A stretch of 64,000 nucleotides of DNA from Candidatus Latescibacterota bacterium (GTDB lineage Bacteria; Latescibacterota; UBA2968; SICM01). Position 1 is the stretch's first letter. Each line of letters begins with the position of its first letter. Under the pieces are notes generated by a model. It ran no database searches and had not been told where the DNA came from. It saw nothing but the letters and a program-made list of their open reading frames with translations. The translations under genes were made by a program, and so were the position numbers. Shown in pieces: positions 1 to 9,276 of the stretch. Location of the stretch: NCBI GenBank assembly GCA_965217865.1, contig CBDCJO010000002.1, forward strand, positions 4,032,001-4,096,000, read 5' to 3'.

Positions 1-308
1 GCAGGGTTTACGACAAACCGCATTTTCGAAAATCGAATCCCCGGATCCATTCGTCCAATCCCGGTGTTGGGCTAACCTCCAAGGATATTTCCTGAAAAAG
101 TGAAATCGGAGAGAATCCACGCCAGCAATGAGCCATAAATCGGATTCGATGTCAATATAAAAAGTTGAGGCAATGGTTCTTCCACCCGTATTATCGTCCA
201 TCGGTTTTCAAGGTGTGGGAGGATCCCCTTTGCCCGTTAAAACTTGCCTGACAATAGGAAACAAATCTTTTCCTTTTCGCTTTTCAATCAATTCCATATC
301 TTTCAGAC

Positions 309-415
309 AGCAGTAGCAGTAGCAGTAGCAGTAGCAGTAGCAGTGGCAGGAAAGGCAAAAGGCAGGGGTCAGGGGAAATGCAAAGTGAAAAGTGCAAAAT
401 GGAAATGCAAATTTA
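309..415. repeat. Intergenic tandem-repeat mosaic: (GCAGTA)n, GGGGTCA and AAATG(C/G)A-type units
   Basis: About six GCAGTA/GCAGTG units followed by 7-mer units; the same units recur in many intergenic regions of the window. Confidence 0.85.
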
Positions 416-470
416 GGAAGACCGGAGACGATGGATAATAATAGAGCGCGATGCCGGGTCGAGACATGGA

Positions 471-640
471 CTCTTCAATTCAGGATATTTTTGACGAATA
501 TCAAAAAATCGATCGGGTGTCACACCTAACCCCCAAACCCCCTTCCCGAAACGGGAAGGGGGCTAAGGCTTATTATTTAGCCAAACTTCAATCACATGAT
601 CTCCCTTCCCCGTTTCGGGTGAAGGGCCGGGGGTGGGGTT
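471..640. repeat. MITE/REP-like dispersed repeat with CCCCTTCCC..GGGAAGGGG hairpins
   Basis: 471-570 closely matches the reverse complement of 49712-49800; weaker inverted copy at ~51554-51628. Confidence 0.75.
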
Positions 641-735
641 CAAGAAGGAAATTATAAGGTGCAAGATGCAAATTGCAAAAGGCAGAATTAACGGCAGAAC
701 GTTGATGAGCAGATCGAAGGCCGAGGACAAGACCG

Positions 736-1911
736 ATGATCGTTAAACCCAGGGTTCGAGGATTCATATGCACCACCGCTCATCCTGTAGGATGCGCCCT
801 TTGTGTTCAAGAACAGATCGACTGGGTCAAATCCCAAAACACAATCGACGGCCCTCGGAACGCCCTCATCATCGGGGCTTCAACGGGATACGGACTTGCT
901 TCCCGCATTGTCGCTGGGTTTGGGTCCGGGGCTTCTACGATTGGCGTGTTCTTTGAAAAACCGGCATCGGGAAACCGCACGGCCACGCCTGGGTGGTACA
1001 ATACTGTGGCATTTGAAAGGGCCGCAAGAGAAGCGGGCGCCTATGCAAAAGGTATCAACGGCGATGCTTTTTCCGACGAGATTAAAGAAAAGACGATAGA
1101 GACCATAAAGAAAGAATTGGGAGAGGTAGATCTGGTGATCTACAGCCTGGCCGCTCCCAGGCGGATCCATCCGCGAACCGGTGAAACCTTCTCCGCTGTC
1201 CTCAAACCCATTGGAAGTCCCTTCACGGGTAAAACTGTAAATGTCGAGTCGGGTGAAGTTTCACGGGTCGGAATAGATCCAGCAAGTCCGGATGAGATCG
1301 CACATACCGTCGCCGTGATGGGAGGTGAAGACTGGGAGATGTGGATTCGCGCCCTTGGAGAGGCCGGGATTTTATCAGAAAGGATCCGAACCATCGCATA
1401 CACCTACATTGGTTCTGAGCTTACCAAACGGATATACAGAGACGGCACGATCGGAAAAGCAAAGGACCATCTGGAAGCGACCGCGCAAGCGTTGGATAAG
1501 TATCTAAAGGGGAAGGACGGAAGCGCCATTGTTTCTGCCAACAAGGCGATCGTTACTCAGTCCAGTGCGGCGATTCCCGTCGTTCCGCTCTATATTTCAA
1601 TTCTCTATAAGGTCATGAAGGATAAGGGTATCCACGAAGGATGTATCGAGCAGATGTACCGGCTGTTCAAAGATAGGTTGTATTCTGATAATCCTGTTCC
1701 TTTCGACGAAAAAGGCCGTATCCGTATCGACGAATCTGAGCTGAGAGAGGATGTGCAGTCCCTCGTTTTATCCTCGTGGGAAAAAGTGAATACCGAAAAT
1801 CTCGCATCCTTATCCGACATCGAGGGGTACCGATCAGAATTTCTAAAACTTTTCGGTTTCGGTCTTCCAGCCGTCGACTATGAGATCGAAGTCGATCCCA
1901 TAGGGAAATGA
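736..1911 (+). CDS. fabV: Enoyl-ACP / trans-2-enoyl-CoA reductase FabV
   Basis: MIVKPRVRGFICTTAHPVGC N-terminus, GASTGYGLASR, VMGGEDW, YxxGTIGKAK. Confidence 0.95.
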   Translation: MIVKPRVRGFICTTAHPVGCALCVQEQIDWVKSQNTIDGPRNALIIGASTGYGLASRIVAGFGSGASTIGVFFEKPASGNRTATPGWYNTVAFERAAREAGAYAKGINGDAFSDEIKEKTIETIKKELGEVDLVIYSLAAPRRIHPRTGETFSAVLKPIGSPFTGKTVNVESGEVSRVGIDPASPDEIAHTVAVMGGEDWEMWIRALGEAGILSERIRTIAYTYIGSELTKRIYRDGTIGKAKDHLEATAQALDKYLKGKDGSAIVSANKAIVTQSSAAIPVVPLYISILYKVMKDKGIHEGCIEQMYRLFKDRLYSDNPVPFDEKGRIRIDESELREDVQSLVLSSWEKVNTENLASLSDIEGYRSEFLKLFGFGLPAVDYEIEVDPIGK

Positions 1912-1932
1912 AAAATGGAAATTGCAAAATGG

Positions 1933-3260
1933 GGATCTTCACGCAGAAGTATGGATAGATAGAAAAGCTCCACGAATTTTCAGGGCAAAGTAGTCGAAGT
2001 CTCTGAAGCCGAAGGCGATGCGCTTGATGACTTTGATCTTGTTGTTTATGCCCTCAACGATGCTTGTGTGGATGGGGTAGTCGCAGTGTGCCAGGATGCT
2101 TTCCTTGTGATATAGCAGCTTCCTGGTGAAGCGTATCAACGGCTTGATCCCGGAGTCAAGGGCTCTTTGACACCAGGCGTCGAGCCATCTGGCTGCCCAG
2201 GCTTTGCGTTTGTAGATCCAGACTCGTTTCAGGTCCTCTTTGAGGATGTAGACGGTGTTCAAACGTTGATTGATGGCCAGGAGATCGCGGAGTCGGGCTG
2301 GCTCATCGCGGTCGGTTAGCAAGTTCTTTCTGTTTTTGAGAAGTAGGTATTTGGTTCCTCGGATGATAGCCTTGTTGTCCTTGGAGGCTTTTCGACATTC
2401 ATCGATCCGAACCCGATCGATTACTTTCTGGGCATAGATCTGGAGCAGGTGGAAGGGATCATAGACCGTGGCAGCGTCAGGACAATGCTTGCGCTTCGCC
2501 TTGGCATAGCCGCGCCAAGCGTCCATCGCGATGGCCTGGATCCGGCTGCACTTTCCAGGGCCCAGCGCCTCGAAGAATGGATCCAGTGCTTCGGCGTTGC
2601 GGCCTTTGCCAACATATAGGACTTGTCCTGTTCCTGCATCAGCTACTGTAGTACCATAATCCTGGCCGCGTTTGACGGCGAACTCGTCAATGGCCAGCAG
2701 CGAGGCCTCAGTATCGCCTACGGCAGGCAAGTCGTCCTGTAAGGCCTTCTTGTCGATCTGTTTAACCACACTCCAGTGCAACCTGAACTGCTGGGCAATC
2801 GCTTTGATCGACCGGATTTCTCTGCAGGCCAAAGCTACAGCTCCAGCCAAGCGTTTGGTGTAACCAACACGAGGTTCCACCCAATCCAGATACTCAGTCC
2901 GAACGCCGCATGTCGCACAGCGTATCCGGCACTGGGAGAACTCGATCCAGACACGACCGAAGGGTCCGAAACTCAGATCCTTGACCGAACGTAGGCGGGA
3001 ATCATAGCAAGATCGATACGTCCGACCACAGGTGCAGCGGTACTCCTTTTCCCGTCGCGAGACCTCTATCCAAAGTGTCGAGAGATCCTCGCGGAACCTC
3101 AGCTTGATCACATAAAATCCTTGCAGACCAACCAGCCTGTCGATATAATCCTGTATAGCCATCGGGATTCTCCTTTCGTCAGGTTAGGTGCGTTACCCAA
3201 CTGTAGGAGAAAACCGGTGGCTTTTCTACATTATTGATCCACTCTTAAGCGTGAAGAACC
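1933..3260 (-). mobile_element. ISL3-family insertion sequence, copy 1 (1328 bp)
   Basis: Imperfect IRs GG(T/A)TCTTCACGC..AAG..TGGAT; CAAAATGG on both flanks (1925-1932, 3261-3268). Confidence 0.92.
1939..3162 (-). CDS. ISL3-family transposase
   Basis: N-terminal Cys zinc-finger, AIDEFA, AMDAW, YDPFH, VEGINNKIKVIKRIAFGFRD. Confidence 0.95.
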   Translation of the reverse strand: MAIQDYIDRLVGLQGFYVIKLRFREDLSTLWIEVSRREKEYRCTCGRTYRSCYDSRLRSVKDLSFGPFGRVWIEFSQCRIRCATCGVRTEYLDWVEPRVGYTKRLAGAVALACREIRSIKAIAQQFRLHWSVVKQIDKKALQDDLPAVGDTEASLLAIDEFAVKRGQDYGTTVADAGTGQVLYVGKGRNAEALDPFFEALGPGKCSRIQAIAMDAWRGYAKAKRKHCPDAATVYDPFHLLQIYAQKVIDRVRIDECRKASKDNKAIIRGTKYLLLKNRKNLLTDRDEPARLRDLLAINQRLNTVYILKEDLKRVWIYKRKAWAARWLDAWCQRALDSGIKPLIRFTRKLLYHKESILAHCDYPIHTSIVEGINNKIKVIKRIAFGFRDFDYFALKIRGAFLSIHTSA

Positions 3261-3398
3261 CAAAATGGAAATTGCAAAAAGTAGGGGTAAGAGGTCCAGG
3301 AGTCAGGATCGGAAGTCAGGGGAAGTCAAAAACCAGTAGTCAGAGGACCGGGGTAAGGGGTAAGCAGTAGGGGTGGTGTTACAGAGAGGGCATTTGAC

Positions 3399-4724
3399 AT
3401 GGATAAACCGAACATTCTTTACATCCTCGCAGACGACCTGGGTTGGGCCGACGTGAGCATGCACGGTTCTCCGATCAGAACGCCGAACATCGACCGCCTT
3501 GCCCTTGAAGGAATTGAATTGACCCAACACTATGTCTGCCCGATGTGTACGCCGACCCGGGCTTCTCTGCTGACCGGCAGACACCCCAGCCGGTTCGGTC
3601 CTCACGCCACGGTTCCCTCGAACGCGCCTGTCCTTCCGGATGGGTACGCGACGCTGGCCTCTGTGCTCCGGAATTCGGGATACGACACGGGTCTATTCGG
3701 GAAATGGCATCTCGGGTCGTCCCCGCAGTTCGGGCCGAACCAATTCGGGTTCAACGCGGCTTACGGAAGCCTCGCGGGTGGGGTCGATCCCTACAACCAT
3801 CGATACAAACGGGGCGAATTCTGCGTCACGTGGCATCGCAACGGCGAACTCGTCGAAGAGAAGGGCCACGTTACGGATCTGATCGCTCGCGAAGCGATTC
3901 AGTGGATCGAGGGCCGAGATCAACCCTGGTTCTGTTACCTGCCGTTCACGGCCGTGCACGTTCCGGTAAAACCCACGGGGACGTGGCTTGACGAGTATGC
4001 CTTCGAGAAATTTGACGAGGACCTCTCCAAAGATGCGTCATTCAAAAAGTATGCGGCCTACACAAGCCATATGGACTGCGCCATCGGCCGGGTTCTCGAA
4101 TGTCTTGAAAAAATCTGCCAGCGAGAAAAGACGATCGTGGTTTTCGCTTCGGACAACGGCGCCATGAACGACTGCCCTTTGCACGAGACGGACAAGTATC
4201 CCGGATGGCAGGAAGCGTACCCTCGGCTCGGCAGCAACCTTCCTTACCGGGGGGTCAAAGCACAGCTCTATGAAGGGGGCATTCGCACGCCGATGGTGGT
4301 CAACTGGCGCGGCACGCTGTCTTCTCGAAAAATCGATCACCCCGTGCACGTGACGGACTGGATGCCGACGCTCACCGGGCTTGTGGAGGCCGCCCCGGAT
4401 GCGGATCCCCAGTGGGATGGAACCGACATCTGGCCTCTCATCTCCGGAGCGGATAGAGGGACACAGGAGCGGTGCTTTTTCTGGAATTTCATGGGGGATT
4501 CGCACCTCGGCGTGCGTTACGGGGACTGGAAGTTGATCACGGGAGACGGCCCAGACGCCCCCAAGACGGAGCTTTTCAACATTGCGGAAGATCCGTTCGA
4601 GGAGCGGGATCTGTATGCCGATCATCCGGAAATCGTAAATCAGTTGACGGAGAACCTGCGCGAACAACGGGAACTGGACAATAGTTCCAAACGGGAAGAG
4701 GTGGATTCCCCGCTCATGCCGTAG
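3399..4724 (+). CDS. Arylsulfatase (formylglycine-dependent sulfatase)
   Basis: PNILYILADDLG, CTPTRASLLTG (CxPxR), GKWHLG, SDNG, LYEGGIR. Confidence 0.93.
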   Translation: MDKPNILYILADDLGWADVSMHGSPIRTPNIDRLALEGIELTQHYVCPMCTPTRASLLTGRHPSRFGPHATVPSNAPVLPDGYATLASVLRNSGYDTGLFGKWHLGSSPQFGPNQFGFNAAYGSLAGGVDPYNHRYKRGEFCVTWHRNGELVEEKGHVTDLIAREAIQWIEGRDQPWFCYLPFTAVHVPVKPTGTWLDEYAFEKFDEDLSKDASFKKYAAYTSHMDCAIGRVLECLEKICQREKTIVVFASDNGAMNDCPLHETDKYPGWQEAYPRLGSNLPYRGVKAQLYEGGIRTPMVVNWRGTLSSRKIDHPVHVTDWMPTLTGLVEAAPDADPQWDGTDIWPLISGADRGTQERCFFWNFMGDSHLGVRYGDWKLITGDGPDAPKTELFNIAEDPFEERDLYADHPEIVNQLTENLREQRELDNSSKREEVDSPLMP

Positions 4725-4741
4725 GATCGGTTCGAATCGAG

Positions 4742-5674
4742 ATGTCCCCCTATTACACGGGTCCTGCATCGACTGGCGCTCGATCACAACCGGAAAGAAG
4801 ATTTGTGGGGGAAGGATCGTTGATAAATTTTCCGCGTTCGACGTTTACCTGGAAGAGACATCCACGAGAGCCGGATCCGTACTATAAGTGGCCAGGGGGT
4901 TTCGTGGGCAAGCAGGGACAAATCTACCAGGTCCGTTTCAACCTCGAGTCCCGATGTGAAGTCACTGAGGGGGGGACGGGAAAGTCCGCGGAATTTTTCC
5001 TGGGCGTTCCGTGTCGCGGCGAGTACACGATCGCGCGCCGCAATCTATTCCAGATTCCGAACGCTGAATGGCGTTTTGCCTTCAGCCGGAAAACCTCCCT
5101 GAGTATTGCCAAGAAGTCAAGCATTGATGAGGAACCCTCATCCGCGTTCCCGTTCAGCGATAAATTCCAGAATTTCCGAATCGACATCCGGTCTTTCACG
5201 GAAGTCGAAGAACTGACGGACCCCCAACGGATTGTGGAAGCGACGCTGAACAACGAGGTCCTCAATGCCTGTTCGACCTACCGAGATGCCAAGCGGGATT
5301 TTACAGTGACCGTCGAGTATCCGGTCAATCTGATCAACGTAAATTCGGAGGAGGCCGAATTTCAGATCTGCACCGGACCTGTTCTTCTGCCTGACCTGAC
5401 GACCTGGAATGGGGAGGAGGTTGAGCGGATATTTGTGGCGCACGTAGCCATCACTGCATTCGACTATGTGGAGTTTATCTTGAGGAAAGAAATTGAAGCC
5501 GCGCCGGAAGAACGCGTATGGATGGATAAACCGCGTGGCAGGGACCGGTTTGAATTGATCGATCCGAACCGAGCACCTCCGGATTACCCACCGGAACGGC
5601 CTAAGCCAACGGTGTACAACGAGATCTGGGAACTAAAAGCCGACAACGTAATTCTGCGCGCGATGAACGCATGA
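4742..5674 (+). CDS. Hypothetical protein, probably co-transcribed with the sulfatase
   Basis: 310-aa ORF 17 bp after the sulfatase stop; no motif recognised. Confidence 0.7.
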   Translation: MSPYYTGPASTGARSQPERRFVGEGSLINFPRSTFTWKRHPREPDPYYKWPGGFVGKQGQIYQVRFNLESRCEVTEGGTGKSAEFFLGVPCRGEYTIARRNLFQIPNAEWRFAFSRKTSLSIAKKSSIDEEPSSAFPFSDKFQNFRIDIRSFTEVEELTDPQRIVEATLNNEVLNACSTYRDAKRDFTVTVEYPVNLINVNSEEAEFQICTGPVLLPDLTTWNGEEVERIFVAHVAITAFDYVEFILRKEIEAAPEERVWMDKPRGRDRFELIDPNRAPPDYPPERPKPTVYNEIWELKADNVILRAMNA

Positions 5675-5680
5675 GGAGAA

Positions 5681-5918
5681 GCAGTAGCAGTAGTGGAAAA
5701 ACAGAGGCAGGGGTTAGAGGTCGGAGGTCAGGGGCCAGGAAAGGCAGGATCAAGGTCAGAGGTCGGGGAAAATTGAAGATTCATCTAAAGCAGTAGCAGT
5801 GGCAGGAAAACAAAAGGCAGGGGTCGGAGGTCGGGAAAATTGAAGATTGAATATTGAAGATTGAGGCGAGATCCTTAAGGACACAAGAAAGTCCTGAGTT
5901 TTTTAATATTCAATTTTG
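5681..5918. repeat. Intergenic mosaic of GCAGTA, GAGGTC(A/G) and ATTGAA(G/T) units
   Basis: Units visible directly; 5840-5918 plus 7247-7290 resembles the reverse complement of 43455-43575. Confidence 0.8.
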
Positions 5919-7246
5919 GGTTCTTCACGCTTAAGAGTGGATCAATAATGTAGAAAAGCCACCGGTTTTCTCCTACAGTTGGGTAACGCACCTAACCTGA
6001 CGAAAGGAGAATCCCGATGGCTATACAGGATTATATCGACAGGCTGGTTGGTCTGCAAGGATTTTATGTGATCAAGCTGAGGTTCCGCGAGGATCTCTCG
6101 ACACTTTGGATAGAGGTCTCGCGACGGGAAAAGGAGTACCGCTGCACCTGTGGTCGGACGTATCGATCTTGCTATGATTCCCGCCTACGTTCGGTCAAGG
6201 ATCTGAGTTTCGGACCCTTCGGTCGTGTCTGGATCGAGTTCTCCCAGTGCCGGATACGCTGTGCGACATGCGGCGTTCGGACTGAGTATCTGGATTGGGT
6301 GGAACCTCGTGTTGGTTACACCAAACGCTTGGCTGGAGCTGTAGCTTTGGCCTGCAGAGAAATCCGGTCGATCAAAGCGATTGCCCAGCAGTTCAGGTTG
6401 CACTGGAGTGTGGTTAAACAGATCGACAAGAAGGCCTTACAGGACGACTTGCCTGCCGTAGGCGATACTGAGGCCTCGCTGCTGGCCATTGACGAGTTCG
6501 CCGTCAAACGCGGCCAGGATTATGGTACTACAGTAGCTGATGCAGGAACAGGACAAGTCCTATATGTTGGCAAAGGCCGCAACGCCGAAGCACTGGATCC
6601 ATTCTTCGAGGCGCTGGGCCCTGGAAAGTGCAGCCGGATCCAGGCCATCGCGATGGACGCTTGGCGCGGCTATGCCAAGGCGAAGCGCAAGCATTGTCCT
6701 GACGCTGCCACGGTCTATGATCCCTTCCACCTGCTCCAGATCTATGCCCAGAAAGTAATCGATCGGGTTCGGATCGATGAATGTCGAAAAGCCTCCAAGG
6801 ACAACAAGGCTATCATCCGAGGAACCAAATACCTACTTCTCAAAAACAGAAAGAACTTGCTAACCGACCGCGATGAGCCAGCCCGACTCCGCGATCTCCT
6901 GGCCATCAATCAACGTTTGAACACCGTCTACATCCTCAAAGAGGACCTGAAACGAGTCTGGATCTACAAACGCAAAGCCTGGGCAGCCAGATGGCTCGAC
7001 GCCTGGTGTCAAAGAGCCCTTGACTCCGGGATCAAGCCGTTGATACGCTTCACCAGGAAGCTGCTATATCACAAGGAAAGCATCCTGGCACACTGCGACT
7101 ACCCCATCCACACAAGCATCGTTGAGGGCATAAACAACAAGATCAAAGTCATCAAGCGCATCGCCTTCGGCTTCAGAGACTTCGACTACTTTGCCCTGAA
7201 AATTCGTGGAGCTTTTCTATCTATCCATACTTCTGCGTGAAGATCC
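5919..7246 (+). mobile_element. ISL3-family insertion sequence, copy 2 (inverted relative to copy 1)
   Basis: Same length, IRs and transposase as copy 1; flanks CAATTTTG / CCATTTTC share only the ATTTT core next to the ends. Confidence 0.92.
6017..7240 (+). CDS. ISL3-family transposase
   Basis: Protein identical to 1939..3162. Confidence 0.95.
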   Translation: MAIQDYIDRLVGLQGFYVIKLRFREDLSTLWIEVSRREKEYRCTCGRTYRSCYDSRLRSVKDLSFGPFGRVWIEFSQCRIRCATCGVRTEYLDWVEPRVGYTKRLAGAVALACREIRSIKAIAQQFRLHWSVVKQIDKKALQDDLPAVGDTEASLLAIDEFAVKRGQDYGTTVADAGTGQVLYVGKGRNAEALDPFFEALGPGKCSRIQAIAMDAWRGYAKAKRKHCPDAATVYDPFHLLQIYAQKVIDRVRIDECRKASKDNKAIIRGTKYLLLKNRKNLLTDRDEPARLRDLLAINQRLNTVYILKEDLKRVWIYKRKAWAARWLDAWCQRALDSGIKPLIRFTRKLLYHKESILAHCDYPIHTSIVEGINNKIKVIKRIAFGFRDFDYFALKIRGAFLSIHTSA

Positions 7247-7363
7247 CCATTTTCCGATATTAAATATTCAATGAAGTCGGGTTCGGATGTCGGAGGCCAG
7301 GGAAGGAAATTGCCAGGTGCAAAATGGAAAATGCAAAATTAAACGCAATTAGACCTCATGGGC

Positions 7364-7392
7364 TTGACTTTCCAAGCCGGAATGAGTAAATT
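7364..7392 (+). promoter_or_regulatory. Sigma70-like promoter whose -35 lies in the left IR; probably leaderless transcript
   Basis: TTGACT-17-TAAATT; ATG at 7399 near the expected +1, no SD. Confidence 0.5.
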
Positions 7393-7398
7393 CACGCC

Positions 7399-8622
7399 AT
7401 GCCCAACTTTAAGAACCGCACGATGTGGACGGGTGACAACCTGGACATCATGCGTGGTATGAACTCCGGGAGCGTAGACCTGATCTACCTCGATCCTCCT
7501 TTCAATAGCAAGCGGAACTATGCCGCACCCGTGGGGAGCGAGGCGGCCGGGGCTGCATTCAAAGACACGTGGACGCTTTCGGACGTGGACGAAGCATGGC
7601 ACGGAGAGATCGCAGACAAGCAACCGGCCCTATATTCGATCATTGACGCATCAGGCTTGGCGCACGGGAAAGGCATGAAATCGTATTTGATCATGATAGC
7701 CGTAAGGCTGCTCGAAATGAAGCGGTTGCTCAAGACAACCGGAAGTCTGTACCTGCATTGCGACCCCACGGCCAGCCATTACCTGAAGCTGCTCATGGAT
7801 GCTGTGTTCGGAAAATCCAATTTCAGGAACGAAATTGTATGGTGCTATACAGGTGCGAGCAATACACCTCGATGGTTTCCACGCAAGCATGACACGGTTT
7901 TGTGGTACTGCCGCAAAACGACTGCGTCGTTTTACCGTGATGCCGTGCGCGTACCGTATCATCCTGAAACGCTCGCCCGGAAAGGACGCGCAGATGACAG
8001 CTGGTTCACGAACGAAAAGCGGAGCAGGGCCGACGTTGAAACCATGCTTGGGGTTGGCAAGGTGCCGGAAGACTGGTGGGTCGGTATTCCAAAGCTGACC
8101 AATCAACGCGAACGTGTCGGCTATCCTACCCAGAAACCCCTTGCCCTCTTGGAGCGAATCGTTAAAGCGTCGAGCCAGGAGGGAGATATTGTCCTGGACC
8201 CATTCGCGGGCTGCGCCACCGCCTGCGTTGCTGCCGAAAAGCTGCACCGCCAATGGGTGGGTATAGACATATCGGAGAAAGCGGTTGATCTTGTTCAGGT
8301 CCGCATCCGGCAACTCGACCTGTTCAGCGACTTCACGCCCGTCAAGCGAACCGACGTTCCAAAACGAACGGACGTAGGCAAGCTTCCCAACTACCGTACA
8401 CATAGGCATGTCCTGTTCGGCAAGCAGGAAGGAATGTGCAAAGGGTGCCGTTCAACATTTCACTTCAGAAACTTCGTGGTGGATCATGTCACGCCCAAGA
8501 GCAAAGGAGGAACCGATCATCTGGACAACCTGCAACTGCTATGCGGAGCCTGCAACAGCGTCAAGGGATCCAACACACAGGAACATCTGATCTCCAAATT
8601 GAAGGCGGATGGTATCCTGTAA
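7399..8622 (+). CDS. Amino-DNA methyltransferase (beta class) fused to C-terminal HNH endonuclease
   Basis: IYLDPPF, GYPTQKP, LDPFAGCAT; C-terminal CKGC..DHVTPKSKGG..NLQLLCGACNSVKG. Confidence 0.9.
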   Translation: MPNFKNRTMWTGDNLDIMRGMNSGSVDLIYLDPPFNSKRNYAAPVGSEAAGAAFKDTWTLSDVDEAWHGEIADKQPALYSIIDASGLAHGKGMKSYLIMIAVRLLEMKRLLKTTGSLYLHCDPTASHYLKLLMDAVFGKSNFRNEIVWCYTGASNTPRWFPRKHDTVLWYCRKTTASFYRDAVRVPYHPETLARKGRADDSWFTNEKRSRADVETMLGVGKVPEDWWVGIPKLTNQRERVGYPTQKPLALLERIVKASSQEGDIVLDPFAGCATACVAAEKLHRQWVGIDISEKAVDLVQVRIRQLDLFSDFTPVKRTDVPKRTDVGKLPNYRTHRHVLFGKQEGMCKGCRSTFHFRNFVVDHVTPKSKGGTDHLDNLQLLCGACNSVKGSNTQEHLISKLKADGIL

Positions 8623-8640
8623 ATCGAAAGGAGAATTCAA

Positions 8641-8748
8641 ATGGCAGACGAAAAAAACAACGACCAAAAACAGACACCGCCACCACCGCCACCACCGCCA
8701 CCACCGCCTCCTCCGCCCCAGCCAGAACGAGTCACTAAAGGCGGTTAG
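8641..8748 (+). CDS. 35-aa micropeptide MADEKNNDQKQT-(P)14-QPERVTKGG
   Basis: SD AAAGGAG 6 nt before ATG; below the ORF-track cutoff; mixed Pro codons. Confidence 0.6.
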   Translation: MADEKNNDQKQTPPPPPPPPPPPPPPQPERVTKGG

Positions 8749-9275
8749 CGAAGTGTGTTGTGTAAGAGAAGGCACGCGAGATTTAATAAAACAGAGAGTG
8801 CTATGCATCCATAGCACCACGTGGCAAGACATGCCTTCTGGCCAACGATGGAGCGGTTGTGTTTTATTTGTTTCTTCAGACCATTGAACCTTTCACGTTC
8901 AAACAGTTCATCAGCTTTTTGATCGGCTTCCGGTTTGCCCTCAAAATACTTTTTTAGTTCTTGATACCAGGGATCCCATTTCTCTATGCTTTCGGTCTCA
9001 TGGCAACGTGGCCAGAGAATAATCAGTGCCAGAATTCCGCCCACACTAAGGGCTATTGCAGAGAGAGTTTGGGCAGATGATACAACTACGTGTGCAGTGT
9101 CAAGGTTAAGAAAATAAGCGGTTTGTGTGGACAGAAACGTGATCAGAATCAACGAAACGCTTGCTTTGACGTCAAGTGTGTCCGACAAGCTGAAGAACAG
9201 TTTGTCTTTCTCTTCAATTCTATTAATAAGTTGAGTCATTGGCTTCATTTCTGCGACCTCCATATTAAGAAACAC
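8745..9275 (-). CDS. Three-TM membrane protein resembling Pycsar effector PycTM/DUF5706
   Basis: LDVKASVSLI, TM-WPR, QIKHNRSIVGQK-TM pattern; similarity judged by eye. Confidence 0.55.
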   Translation of the reverse strand: MFLNMEVAEMKPMTQLINRIEEKDKLFFSLSDTLDVKASVSLILITFLSTQTAYFLNLDTAHVVVSSAQTLSAIALSVGGILALIILWPRCHETESIEKWDPWYQELKKYFEGKPEADQKADELFERERFNGLKKQIKHNRSIVGQKACLATWCYGCIALSVLLNLACLLLHNTLR

Positions 9276-9276
9276 T

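Noticed and set aside
1-202. Minus-strand gene start at the window edge
   Set aside because: An open frame exists but has no recognisable motif or clear start
244-776. Short ORFs such as 244-438, 451-657, 41784-41978, 51309-51749 and 55063-55599
   Set aside because: They are translations of intergenic repeat tracts (AVAVAV, KCK, SEVRGQ)
1933-7246. Composite transposon of two inverted ISL3 copies carrying the sulfatase
   Set aside because: Each copy sits in its own continuous target (copy 1 has a TSD; copy 2 splits one repeat module), so these are independent insertions
8609-8887. His/Arg-repeat ORF and the antisense Trp/Arg-repeat ORF
   Set aside because: Alternative frames of the CCACCG run; the SD supports only the poly-Pro frame
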